Below are positions 35,622-44,239 of a stretch of 64,000 nt of DNA, piece after piece. The translations under genes were made by a program, and so were the position numbers. The DNA comes from a virus, in IMG/VR virus record IMGVR_UViG_3300011113_000491, positions 32,001-96,000 of that record; one strand, given 5' to 3'. The notes under the pieces are model-generated. The model did not search any database, was not told the DNA's origin, and saw nothing but the letters and a program-made list of their open reading frames with translations. Position 1 is the first letter of the stretch; each line of letters opens with the position of its first letter.

Positions 35622-35651
35622 GAGTGTTGAGTTTCCTAGTGAAGTTGAGAA

Positions 35652-36596
35652 TCAGACGCAATCGTTGTACTGCTCGGTGTGCCAGCGGCCTGCACGGGCC
35701 ACACGGACATGGTTGCAGACATAGTGCCAACCGAAGTCGATGCAGACGGTGTGCCAACGGTTGCCGAAGCGCCACCAGCCGACATTGCCGTAGTGGAGGT
35801 CACCACCACCACGAATGAGCCCATGCTTACGCATCGTGGCGCCCTTGGGAATCGGGCGAAGCTCGCCGTATTCCATCTTATCGATGGCATTCACGGTGAT
35901 GGAGTTGTCCCGAGGCGATCCACGCAGGTCGAGGTGGCGCAGGGCCTTCACCCAGCCTTGCATTTGCATACTGAACCCTGCCCACTCATCGCGGTCGTTG
36001 CCGTCGCGTTCGATCTCATCCAGCATCATGCCGAAGTGAGTGCCGATCAGGCGAATGTCCTTGCCCGTCAACGAAGGAAGATCGGTGGGGCGAGGGACGA
36101 GCCGACCCCTGTAGTTGTCGATCTCACGCGCCATGTTGTCGTCGCCGTAGTAGGCCATCATGCACTCCATCAGCGATCCCGAACCCGAAGCATCACGCTG
36201 ACGGTCGGTCATAGTGATCGCCACGCCAGTCTGATAGCCCCACAGAACATCGAGGCGATTGCGACTGGTGCCGGTGGGCTTACCGATGAGCTCGAAGCGC
36301 ACCATACGATGCACAGGCGGGGCCAAACGGGCCTTGTACGCCTGACGCTGACGCCACCACGCAGCATACGCATCCTGCGGGTCTTGACCAGTGAGCTTGA
36401 TGCCGAACTGGTGCGGGTCACAGACCTTCGCATTGTTGTCGAAGTACTGCGCCTGGGCGCCGTTCGAGCTGTTCTTGAAGACGCGACGCCACATGGAGTT
36501 GGTGAGGAGGTAAACATCGACCATGCCGTAAACACGGTCACGGTACGAGCGAACGGGAGCGATACGGGGAAACACCGACGAGAGACGAGAGAACAT
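35652..36596 (-). CDS. Protein kinase-like (APH/PKL fold) early protein
   Basis: FGIKL (beta-3 Lys), DLHYGNV catalytic loop, IDFG Mg-binding loop. Confidence 0.7.
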   Translation of the reverse strand: MFSRLSSVFPRIAPVRSYRDRVYGMVDVYLLTNSMWRRVFKNSSNGAQAQYFDNNAKVCDPHQFGIKLTGQDPQDAYAAWWRQRQAYKARLAPPVHRMVRFELIGKPTGTSRNRLDVLWGYQTGVAITMTDRQRDASGSGSLMECMMAYYGDDNMAREIDNYRGRLVPRPTDLPSLTGKDIRLIGTHFGMMLDEIERDGNDRDEWAGFSMQMQGWVKALRHLDLRGSPRDNSITVNAIDKMEYGELRPIPKGATMRKHGLIRGGGDLHYGNVGWWRFGNRWHTVCIDFGWHYVCNHVRVARAGRWHTEQYNDCV

Positions 36597-36647
36597 GAGT
36601 GTGAGAGATCCTGTGTGAGAGAACGGGAAGAACGATGAAAGAGACGA

Positions 36648-37031
36648 TCAGACGGCGTAGAGCCAGCGGTTCTGGCCACGCCACGTATTGGCGCCGTCGA
36701 TGTACTGGGTGATGGCATTGCGGACCACGATCAGGAAGTCCACCATGTCGGTGTCGGGTTCCAGCACATATTCGGCGATCACATTGCGATCAGCGCCGCT
36801 GCGGGTGACATACCAAATCTGGTAGGTCTTGCCACCGCGGAAGATCGTGCCGCTGCATTCGAGCCAGCCCCACACATACGAACCAGCGCCTTGCAGGCGC
36901 ACGGCGTATTCCATGTTGCGGACTTCCTTCGGAGTGGCGTTGATCACGACGCGGTCGGCGCCGCGGATCAGACAGGGGCGAAAGCCCTCGCGGGGCGCGG
37001 AAATAAGAATGGTTTCAAGAGTCATCATCAT
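36648..37031 (-). CDS. Hypothetical early protein, leaderless start
   Basis: ATG lies 7 nt after the -10 box. Confidence 0.65.
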   Translation of the reverse strand: MMMTLETILISAPREGFRPCLIRGADRVVINATPKEVRNMEYAVRLQGAGSYVWGWLECSGTIFRGGKTYQIWYVTRSGADRNVIAEYVLEPDTDMVDFLIVVRNAITQYIDGANTWRGQNRWLYAV

Positions 37032-37038
37032 GGGGGTC

Positions 37039-37067
37039 ATTCTACAGACCCCCCTCCCCCGTGTCAA
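37039..37067 (-). promoter_or_regulatory. Early sigma70 promoter
   Basis: TTGACA-17-TAGAAT. Confidence 0.85.
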
Positions 37068-37261
37068 GCCGGCATAACCCCAGTCGGCACAAGGACTTAC
37101 GGCATTTATGGGGATTTTCCCCGCGTGATAGTAACCAGTTATCGGACGTACTTTCCCCTCACCGTTGTCTTTTTACATCAAACGGCAACAGTGCCCAATC
37201 AAACCGTGATAGTACATTCAGATACTTGGTGTCGATTTGACAGTCTCAAATACGCTGCACC

Positions 37262-37298
37262 AAATGAAACAGGGACTGCCCCTTGGAGGCAGCCCCTG
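37262..37298 (-). terminator. Hairpin terminator
   Basis: AGGG.CTGCC/GGCAG.CCCT stem with U-rich tail on the minus strand. Confidence 0.6.
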
Positions 37299-37436
37299 AA
37301 AGTATTCACGGCACTTGATCTTCTAGAGCCAAGGTTAGAGAGAGCGCCGGCGACACTATGTGCCGCTTTCCCATCGTCTAGCGTGGGCGGGATAATTTGG
37401 TATTGTCACCCCCTGTTAGCACCGCAGAGTAGGCAC

Positions 37437-37643
37437 TTACGCCAAGCGGATGCCGCCAGTGCGCCCACGGACAAACATCACACGGGCGCCGAAATGCGCG
37501 ACCAGAGATCGGCGGACATCATCAGACTTCATGCCGTATTGTGCGGCAAGGTCCTTGAGAGTCACGCGCTGGCCTCCATTGACGGCGGTTTCGAAGGCAG
37601 CGAAGTCGATCTTGGTGCTATTGGGATTCATGGTAGTGGTCAT
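37437..37643 (-). CDS. Small winged-helix DNA-binding protein
   Basis: VTLKDLAAQYGM...VRRSL helix-turn-helix and RGRTGGIRLA wing (Rrf2-like); AAAGGA SD; promoter TTGACT-17-TATACT at about 37668-37696. Confidence 0.7.
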   Translation of the reverse strand: MTTTMNPNSTKIDFAAFETAVNGGQRVTLKDLAAQYGMKSDDVRRSLVAHFGARVMFVRGRTGGIRLA

Positions 37644-37966
37644 ATTGTTCCTTTCTTGAACACACATAGTATAGAACAGAGAGAGGTATAAGTCAAGAGA
37701 GTAGCAGCGTATTTGTTGAAACGGCAGCACATTTCTGAGTGACTCAGTTTCCCTGGATCGGCATTAGAGATCTCACGGCATATCACAGCCTCATGGCAAA
37801 GTGCCTGTGAGAAGTGGTGGGCACTGGCTTAGACTGCTCAAACGGCAAAGCCTTCTCAACACCCCTCAAAGCCCCCTCTATTTTCCCTCATTTCGTCTAC
37901 ACGCCCCACACTCCCCCATCCATCAACACTCCTCCCCACCCCATTCAATATACCCTCTAGAAACAG

Positions 37967-37998
37967 AAAACCCCATTGGCGTGAAACCAATGGGGTTT
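37967..37998 (-). terminator. Terminator after the embedded late gene
   Basis: AAACCCCATTGG/CCAATGGGGTTT stem. Confidence 0.8.
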
Positions 37999-38021
37999 GT
38001 ATACGATTCTGTGCTGTGTGT

Positions 38022-39635
38022 TCAGTCCTGCTCGTAGTGTTCTGCTATACCTCTTTCTCTCTTTCGAGCCTGTGAAGCTGCGCGCCGGGCAGCAATGTAA
38101 CCGGTTTCTGCCTCGGCCTTCAGACCTCGCTCCCTTCTGCTGACTCCGTATTCCTTGGTATTGGCGGCATCGATCTTGGAGTACATCAGACCTATAGCTT
38201 TAGTCGGCAACCCAAGGCGTTCGGCTGTTGTGTATCTTATGTCAGGAACCCCATCCGGGCCGATAACATCGCGTTCGCGAGGCGTGAGTCCGCCGCGCCC
38301 AAAGCGCCGGCCGCGCCACCACTCATCGCGCTTTACCCTATATTGGTGATCTCTGGTGTCTGGCGTGCCTTGTTTCCTCGCTCTCGCCGCTGCCAAATCT
38401 ACGAGGCTCGCTGGAATCCCTGCGGCGTGACCTTCCCGTGCAGTTCTTTGTGCAAGAGTCCCGGCGACTTTGGATCTGTCTAGTTTCTCATCTAGTCTCT
38501 GCTTGTAGTGGTCTTTCAAGGTCTCCTCTAGTCTACGGCGTGGCTTGAAGAATGGAGGTTTTTTCGCCGCTTCAGCACCAGGCGCGAGCTTCGGCACTTG
38601 TTGGGCCGATCTTGCTACATTCTGTAGTCCTTGATATGCTGACTGGACACTCGCAGAGGCTCGTTGCCCCTCCTCTTGTGCTTTGTGGAGGTCAAACTGA
38701 CCTCCGACGCGGTCGCCCGCGTTGCTCACGGCGAGCGTGGTAGCGAGGCCAAGCGCCGCTACCGCTCTCGGCGATATGTGATGGCCGTGCAGCGTATCGG
38801 TATCGCGTGGATTCAATCCGGTTTTCCGGCCTCGGCCGTCCGTCCGTACATAGGGTACATACTCGTCCGCTTTCTTGTCGATGGCACCACTGATCCGACC
38901 GACCGCTGTTCTTATCTTGTCTGTTATTCTTCCTTCATTCATATGAGGATCTTTTAGTATCTTTGGTTTTGGTTTATGTGCTTCTAGACTCCGTTTGTAC
39001 TTCTCTGAATCCTTTGGTCCGCTATGCACGGTTGGATCAAATGGCGGCTTCTTCGGACCGGTATGTACGGTTGGGTCTGGTTCACCCTTCTCTGGCATCT
39101 TCATCTCATTCATCATTTCTCGTAGTGTGTTCTCTAGACTCATTTCATCTCTCCTTTGTTTATTATTTATACTTCTATCGATCTGTCGTAGTTCTTGCTT
39201 CTTGTCCATTGCTGCTTTGTTGACGACATTTGGTGTCAACAATCCACGACCCGTGAGTGCCATCGTACCAGCCAGAACCCCTGCGGCGATTCGTTCTAGT
39301 GATGCCCTGACTGCATCTGATCTCTTGAGTCGGGCGGACCTTTCTTGTCTGTAGGTTTGAAGCCATTGCGTATCCCGTGGATTGCTGGTCTCTGTTTTCT
39401 TCCACCGACCGCGATGGCCTGGTGTTTCTGATCCATCAGGCATGATGCCTTTGATGATGGGGTTTGTGGTCTCTCCCCTTCTCCCACCAAACCTCTCGAC
39501 CGTCTTATCCCAGGCTCTACCAAAGGCGCGTTTGTTTCTAGCAAACCTCATGTCTAGAATCGACTGTCGTTTTTGTGATCTCCGCAGAGAGTCTAGGATT
39601 CCTTCATTCAGTCTCTGCTTGTAGTGTTCTTTCAT
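38022..39635 (-). CDS. Basic segmented late (internal head) protein inside the early island
   Basis: MKEHYKQRLNE recurs internally as LKDHYKQRLDE; further MNE junctions; variant late promoter CATACATA at 39657-39664; GGAG SD. Confidence 0.7.
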   Translation of the reverse strand: MKEHYKQRLNEGILDSLRRSQKRQSILDMRFARNKRAFGRAWDKTVERFGGRRGETTNPIIKGIMPDGSETPGHRGRWKKTETSNPRDTQWLQTYRQERSARLKRSDAVRASLERIAAGVLAGTMALTGRGLLTPNVVNKAAMDKKQELRQIDRSINNKQRRDEMSLENTLREMMNEMKMPEKGEPDPTVHTGPKKPPFDPTVHSGPKDSEKYKRSLEAHKPKPKILKDPHMNEGRITDKIRTAVGRISGAIDKKADEYVPYVRTDGRGRKTGLNPRDTDTLHGHHISPRAVAALGLATTLAVSNAGDRVGGQFDLHKAQEEGQRASASVQSAYQGLQNVARSAQQVPKLAPGAEAAKKPPFFKPRRRLEETLKDHYKQRLDEKLDRSKVAGTLAQRTAREGHAAGIPASLVDLAAARARKQGTPDTRDHQYRVKRDEWWRGRRFGRGGLTPRERDVIGPDGVPDIRYTTAERLGLPTKAIGLMYSKIDAANTKEYGVSRRERGLKAEAETGYIAARRAASQARKRERGIAEHYEQD

Positions 39636-39708
39636 AGCAACAGCATTCTCCAGTCATATGTATGCCTGCGAACACACCGACGCGCGTGATAGTACAGCGT
39701 GGGTACAA

Positions 39709-39733
39709 AGAAACCCCGCGCATGGCGGGGTTC
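39709..39733 (-). terminator. Terminator of the MoxR operon
   Basis: AACCCCGC/GCGGGGTT stem with U-rich tail on the minus strand. Confidence 0.7.
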
Positions 39734-39765
39734 GTTGCGAGTTGAGATGTCATCCGATGGGCGTC

Positions 39766-40329
39766 CTAGTCCACCCGCAGGACTACGGATGGATCCATCC
39801 GCAGGGTCTGCATGAGCTCCGTGACAAGGAACCCGCCGGGCCCGAATCCCTTCTGTGCCTCATTCACCGAGTCATACCACACTACTGCGTCGTTGATGAT
39901 GAGCCATTGCCAGATGAATCGTCCTAGTTCTAGGGACGGCGTGATCGGTGAGCTAGGCTTCATAATCAGGATCGGTTGTTCTGCCCCATAGCGTACAGGT
40001 ACTCGGTCACACCCAGGCCGTGCCATGTACACGGAGTATGAGCTCGCGGCCGCAGAATCCGTTGGAACCCATGTCACGCATACACAGTTCTCCGGGATCA
40101 GGGAGAACTTATACAAACATGGGCGCGAGTTCCAACGAAACCAAAAGTTCCCGATTGAATCCGAACCATACCCAGGCGGATTGAACATACTGGGGCGATT
40201 GCCGTTCAAACGAACTCCAGTCCAACGACACCCGAGCTTGTCCAGTCCAATCGACGCCAGCATCTTCGTGTCCCCCGCGACAACCGCATCCACGATCATC
40301 TCATCCGAGAACGATTCAAGTGAAGTCAC
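39766..40329 (-). CDS. Hypothetical early protein
   Basis: GTGA coupling; GGAGG SD. Confidence 0.6.
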   Translation of the reverse strand: MTSLESFSDEMIVDAVVAGDTKMLASIGLDKLGCRWTGVRLNGNRPSMFNPPGYGSDSIGNFWFRWNSRPCLYKFSLIPENCVCVTWVPTDSAAASSYSVYMARPGCDRVPVRYGAEQPILIMKPSSPITPSLELGRFIWQWLIINDAVVWYDSVNEAQKGFGPGGFLVTELMQTLRMDPSVVLRVD

Positions 40330-40763
40330 ACCGAGCCTCCCATCGAACGGATGCGGGACTCAAGCACGGCGACCTTGGACTCAAGGTCAGCGATCTTCTT
40401 GGTCATCGCATCCGCACTGGCCGCACAGGCGTTGGCAAACTTGGTTGCCGACTCCAAGTCCATGTTGAGCGAGTCCACACCGGCAAGCAGGGACAGGGCA
40501 TCCTCGCCGTCTTGGAAGTACCCTGCCTTGCGAAGGACATCGATCTCCCCCTTGGCCTTCATCATCTCGTTCAGGTTCTTGAGGTCGAGGCGGATGTCGG
40601 GACGAACGGTCTTGGCATCCACGGCATCGATCTCGTCGTTGAACACCTCGTCCAACGATTCCTCCGTGGGGAACAGGAGGAGGGCGCCTTCGTTGGGGGT
40701 GATGGTTTCGTAGGTCTGTCCGTCAGAGAACACGATGATTGCGATGGTTTCGTTGTTGGTCAT
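40326..40763 (-). CDS. Hypothetical protein with C-terminal coiled coil
   Basis: GC3-biased codons; pyrimidine-rich leader. Confidence 0.7.
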   Translation of the reverse strand: MTNNETIAIIVFSDGQTYETITPNEGALLLFPTEESLDEVFNDEIDAVDAKTVRPDIRLDLKNLNEMMKAKGEIDVLRKAGYFQDGEDALSLLAGVDSLNMDLESATKFANACAASADAMTKKIADLESKVAVLESRIRSMGGSV

Positions 40764-40800
40764 GTTGTACCTTGTGTTGGGGGTGAAAGAGGAAGAAGAA

Positions 40801-42108
40801 TCAGGCGTTCATTGCGTAGTTCGACACACTCACCGAACTCGGCATCGGCGTGGTCGTGGGAGGAGGGCCAGGGATGAAGTGACCGTTACTCGCCACATTG
40901 CTGATGTACTGCGGATCGATGACGATGGTACGAGTCTCAAGCAACTTGGTCGCCTGCGTAGCCCGCTGGGACCACTCGACACGCGCAGTAGCAGAACTGT
41001 ACACAATCGAAGCGTTCAGCAACCGAAGCGCCTTCTTGTAGTCAGAGTCCATCCTCATCTGCGGGCCACCGGTCTCACGCGGCCGGCGGTGTTCGCCTCG
41101 GCGCCGCATAGCAGGAAGCGCACACCCGTAGTTGTTGCGCGACGGGTTGCCGCACAGTTCCACCGAACGAACCTTGACGAGATCTCCGGGAACGCCAGAC
41201 ATCTGAATCTGTGGGATGAACACATGGACGCGAAGGCCGATGTCACCTGCGGCAGTCGCAGATGCGTACCTGCAACGCTCATCGTCCAGCGCCGAGTCCC
41301 CGGCGGTGAAGAAGCTCTGCTGAACACCAGCAAGCTCGCGCGTCACCAACACATGGGCGGTCATGCCCGATGCGTGTGCCAGTTCAGACTGATCGAAGCA
41401 GTAGGTCATTGCACTGGCGATCAGGAAGTCGTAGTTATGCACGAAACTGTCGGGGCACATGACCTTGGACCAGTCCTTCTCGGTGAAGTCGTTGGGCAGG
41501 GCCTCAAGTTCCCTACGGTTGGGATTCAGTTCAAAGTCGATGACCTGGAGGTTGTTGAGACTGCGGATCACACTGCTCATGTCCGCGCGAAGGCCAGGAG
41601 TCCACGACCAACGACCGTGTGCCGGAGCGAGGTTCCATCGTGCGCCGATGGACTTGAAGTAGTTGTTCATTTCCTCGTCGTACCCACAGGTCTTGAGCAC
41701 CAAGGTGGGCATTCCCTCCTGCGGAAACCGATTCAACTCGCTCCAGGCGGTGTAGTCGTTGACGACGATGCCGCTCACGAGGCCGTCATTGTACAGAGAC
41801 ATCTGCACATCCTTGGCGAGCTTGTCCCACTTGGAACGGAGGATGACGAAGGTTCCGAGTTCTTCCATGAACGATGCACCATGAGCCTTCACGCGCTCAC
41901 GCAGCTTCTTTGACTCGCGGGTGCGGAAGGGGACATGGATCGTGACGGCGACCGGACGCTCGTAGAACTTCCTTTCGGAGATGGGCTTGTCCGAGTCGCT
42001 GATGGCGAGGTTGAGTGCTTCCAGGCCTGCAACGCTTCCATGAACTGAAGCGGCAACGCCGAGGGTTTGGTAGACTGACGAGAGTTCGATTTGATTGAAG
42101 ATGACCAT
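40801..42108 (-). CDS. Hypothetical early protein (435 aa)
   Basis: GC3 bias on the minus strand; operon context. Confidence 0.7.
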   Translation of the reverse strand: MVIFNQIELSSVYQTLGVAASVHGSVAGLEALNLAISDSDKPISERKFYERPVAVTIHVPFRTRESKKLRERVKAHGASFMEELGTFVILRSKWDKLAKDVQMSLYNDGLVSGIVVNDYTAWSELNRFPQEGMPTLVLKTCGYDEEMNNYFKSIGARWNLAPAHGRWSWTPGLRADMSSVIRSLNNLQVIDFELNPNRRELEALPNDFTEKDWSKVMCPDSFVHNYDFLIASAMTYCFDQSELAHASGMTAHVLVTRELAGVQQSFFTAGDSALDDERCRYASATAAGDIGLRVHVFIPQIQMSGVPGDLVKVRSVELCGNPSRNNYGCALPAMRRRGEHRRPRETGGPQMRMDSDYKKALRLLNASIVYSSATARVEWSQRATQATKLLETRTIVIDPQYISNVASNGHFIPGPPPTTTPMPSSVSVSNYAMNA

Positions 42109-42198
42109 GAGATGATTCCTGAAAGAGTGCGGACGATTGAAACGGGAAAGGTGAGTAACGGCGTTAGCCGATACCCACCGAGTAGGAGGTGTGATGGA

Positions 42199-42666
42199 TC
42201 AGAGGCCGGACAGGGCGCCGGGGCCGGACAACTTGGCAAGGCGGCGGAGGAAGTCGGCCTTACGCTTGCCCTTGAGCAGCACTGCCACGCTGACATAGTT
42301 GCTGCCCTGCTGACCCTGCTCCGTGTAATCCACGGCAGCGTCACCGCGCGTAGCGAAGATGCCGCGGAAGGTGGGCATCTTGTTCATCTGCTTGCGGAGT
42401 TCGCGGATGAAACGCTCGTCCGTGTAGATGAGCCCGTGACGCTGAATGTCCCAGTCCTTCTTGGTGAAGTACACGCGGAAGGCGACATACAGATCGTCGT
42501 TGTGGTAGTCGGCAAGGAGCTCCCCATCGTTCGGGAAGATGTAGTCCAGTTCGATGCGACGGATGGTGATGGTGCGGATCGACTCCGACCACAACCCCTT
42601 GCCGTCGGTCGTGCAGACGATGGGGGTCTTGAGAGGGAACGAGATACGAGTAGTAGTGTTGGTCAT
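42199..42666 (-). CDS. Conserved phage hypothetical protein
   Basis: TDGKGLWS, VYF...W....HGLIYTD..F...L, YTEQG.QG..YVS pattern. Confidence 0.7.
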   Translation of the reverse strand: MTNTTTRISFPLKTPIVCTTDGKGLWSESIRTITIRRIELDYIFPNDGELLADYHNDDLYVAFRVYFTKKDWDIQRHGLIYTDERFIRELRKQMNKMPTFRGIFATRGDAAVDYTEQGQQGSNYVSVAVLLKGKRKADFLRRLAKLSGPGALSGL

Positions 42667-42714
42667 GTTACTGATGATCCTTGTGTTGAGTGTGCGAGAG
42701 AAAGAAACGAACGA

Positions 42715-43923
42715 TCAGAACGGCGCCTTGGTGCGATCAACCGGGGCGGCCGCCGGAGCCGGAGTGGGTTCCGGTTCCACGATCTTGGACCACGCGGAGT
42801 AGAACGATTCCTGCGTGGACTGATCGAAGCGGGCGAGTGAGAGGCGGATCGCCTTGTCCTTGTCACCGAACACCGAGAACGCCTTGACGATGTTGAGCAG
42901 ACGACGGGTCGAAACCACCTCATCGCAGGCACCTTCCTTGAAGGTGGCGCGGAGCATATCCGCCCACTTGCACAGGTAACCCGCGAAGTCCTCATCGACC
43001 TTGCCGTACTTCTTCATGGCACGGACGAGGATGCGCTTCTCGGTCGCCACAGGGGCGTAGTCCTGCTCGTAGGTGTAGTCGAAGCGGTCGAGCATTGCCT
43101 CGTTCATCACGCGAGTACCGACGAAGCGGCCGTCATCGCTACCCTTGCCCTTGGTGTTGGCGGTGGCGAAGATGGTGAACCCGGTAGCGGGCGAAACCCA
43201 TTGGTTGATCTTCTTGAGGAACACACCCTTACCCTCAAGCACCGACTGGAGGCACATGAGCTTGTCGCTGCCGAGGTCGATCTCGTCAAGGAGCAGCACG
43301 GCACCACGCTTCATCGCGGACACGACAGCACCATCGTGCCACACCATGTCGCCGTTGACGAGGCGGAAACCACCGAACAGATCATCCTCATCGGTCTCCG
43401 CAACGATGTTGACACGGAAGCACTCGCGTCCGAGCTTCGCGCAGACCTGTTCGATCATCGTTGTCTTGCCGTTGCCGGACAGACCCGTGACGAACACAGG
43501 CGAGAAGATGTTCGCCTTGATGATCGTGGAGATGTCATCGAAGTGACCCCACGGGACATACTCGGCGTTCGTGGGCGGGATCAGAGTGGCGCGATCACCA
43601 CCGGTCATGCCCAGGACCTCGGCGTTGAACACCGCAGGGGCGGCCGCGGCGATCTTGACACTCGGCGCCGGAGCGGCAACCGGAGCAACCGGAGCAGCAG
43701 CAGGCGTCGCCTTGGTCGTCGTCGCCGGAGCGTTGACGATCTCGGGGACATGGAACAGGCCACGACCGGCGTGGCGAGCGGGATCCTTGACGATCCACGC
43801 GGGCGGGAAGTTGTTGCCCACCAGCTGTGCAGCCTGGAGGAGCTGCTGGCGCGTCACGGGAGTGGCGCGCGTAATGGTGGCGAGGGCGGTGAAGTACGCG
43901 GTCTGCTTGGTAGTATTAGGCAT
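42715..43923 (-). CDS. MoxR/CbbQ-family AAA+ ATPase (CobS-like phage family), leaderless start MPNTTKQ
   Basis: Walker A GLSGNGKT, Walker B LLLDEID, ATANTKGKGSDDGRFVGT, LDRF, STRRL. Confidence 0.92.
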   Translation of the reverse strand: MPNTTKQTAYFTALATITRATPVTRQQLLQAAQLVGNNFPPAWIVKDPARHAGRGLFHVPEIVNAPATTTKATPAAAPVAPVAAPAPSVKIAAAAPAVFNAEVLGMTGGDRATLIPPTNAEYVPWGHFDDISTIIKANIFSPVFVTGLSGNGKTTMIEQVCAKLGRECFRVNIVAETDEDDLFGGFRLVNGDMVWHDGAVVSAMKRGAVLLLDEIDLGSDKLMCLQSVLEGKGVFLKKINQWVSPATGFTIFATANTKGKGSDDGRFVGTRVMNEAMLDRFDYTYEQDYAPVATEKRILVRAMKKYGKVDEDFAGYLCKWADMLRATFKEGACDEVVSTRRLLNIVKAFSVFGDKDKAIRLSLARFDQSTQESFYSAWSKIVEPEPTPAPAAAPVDRTKAPF

Positions 43924-43930
43924 ACCGTCC

Positions 43931-43959
43931 AGGCTACCAGCTTCTGGTCCACGGCACAA
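43931..43959 (-). promoter_or_regulatory. Early promoter of the MoxR operon
   Basis: TTGTGC-17-TAGCCT (TGG extension), 7 nt to ATG. Confidence 0.7.
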
Positions 43960-43980
43960 GCCAGGAAATGGAAATATTTC

Positions 43981-44185
43981 TAAGTCCTTGTCCCATAAGG
44001 ACTTACATAAACCCTTGTAAATAAAGGACTTATGGGGGGTATTATCGGACGCCGTTCCCTACTGCCGGGGGCGGGGGCCCATATTATCGGACATCCACCA
44101 GAGAGGAGGGGGCGTCCGATAAGCGTGATAGTATCCAGTTATGGGACTTTCGGTCGTAAGTCCTTATGCCACAACGATTTACGAT
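43981..44185. promoter_or_regulatory. Cluster of palindromic operator-like sites TAAGTCCTT-N7-AAGGACTTA and TTATCGGAC repeats
   Basis: Perfect palindrome at 43981-44005; degenerate copies at about 44007-44033, 44155-44183 and 37073-37101. Confidence 0.7.
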
Positions 44186-44203
44186 AAATCTAGGGTTTCC
44201 CTA

Positions 44204-44232
44204 TTGCGCGGGGACCCCCGATATGGTAGCCT
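44204..44232 (+). promoter_or_regulatory. Early promoter of the vWA gene
   Basis: TTGCGC-17-TAGCCT (TGG extension), 7 nt to ATG; mirrors the MoxR promoter. Confidence 0.7.
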
Positions 44233-44239
44233 GTCCGGT

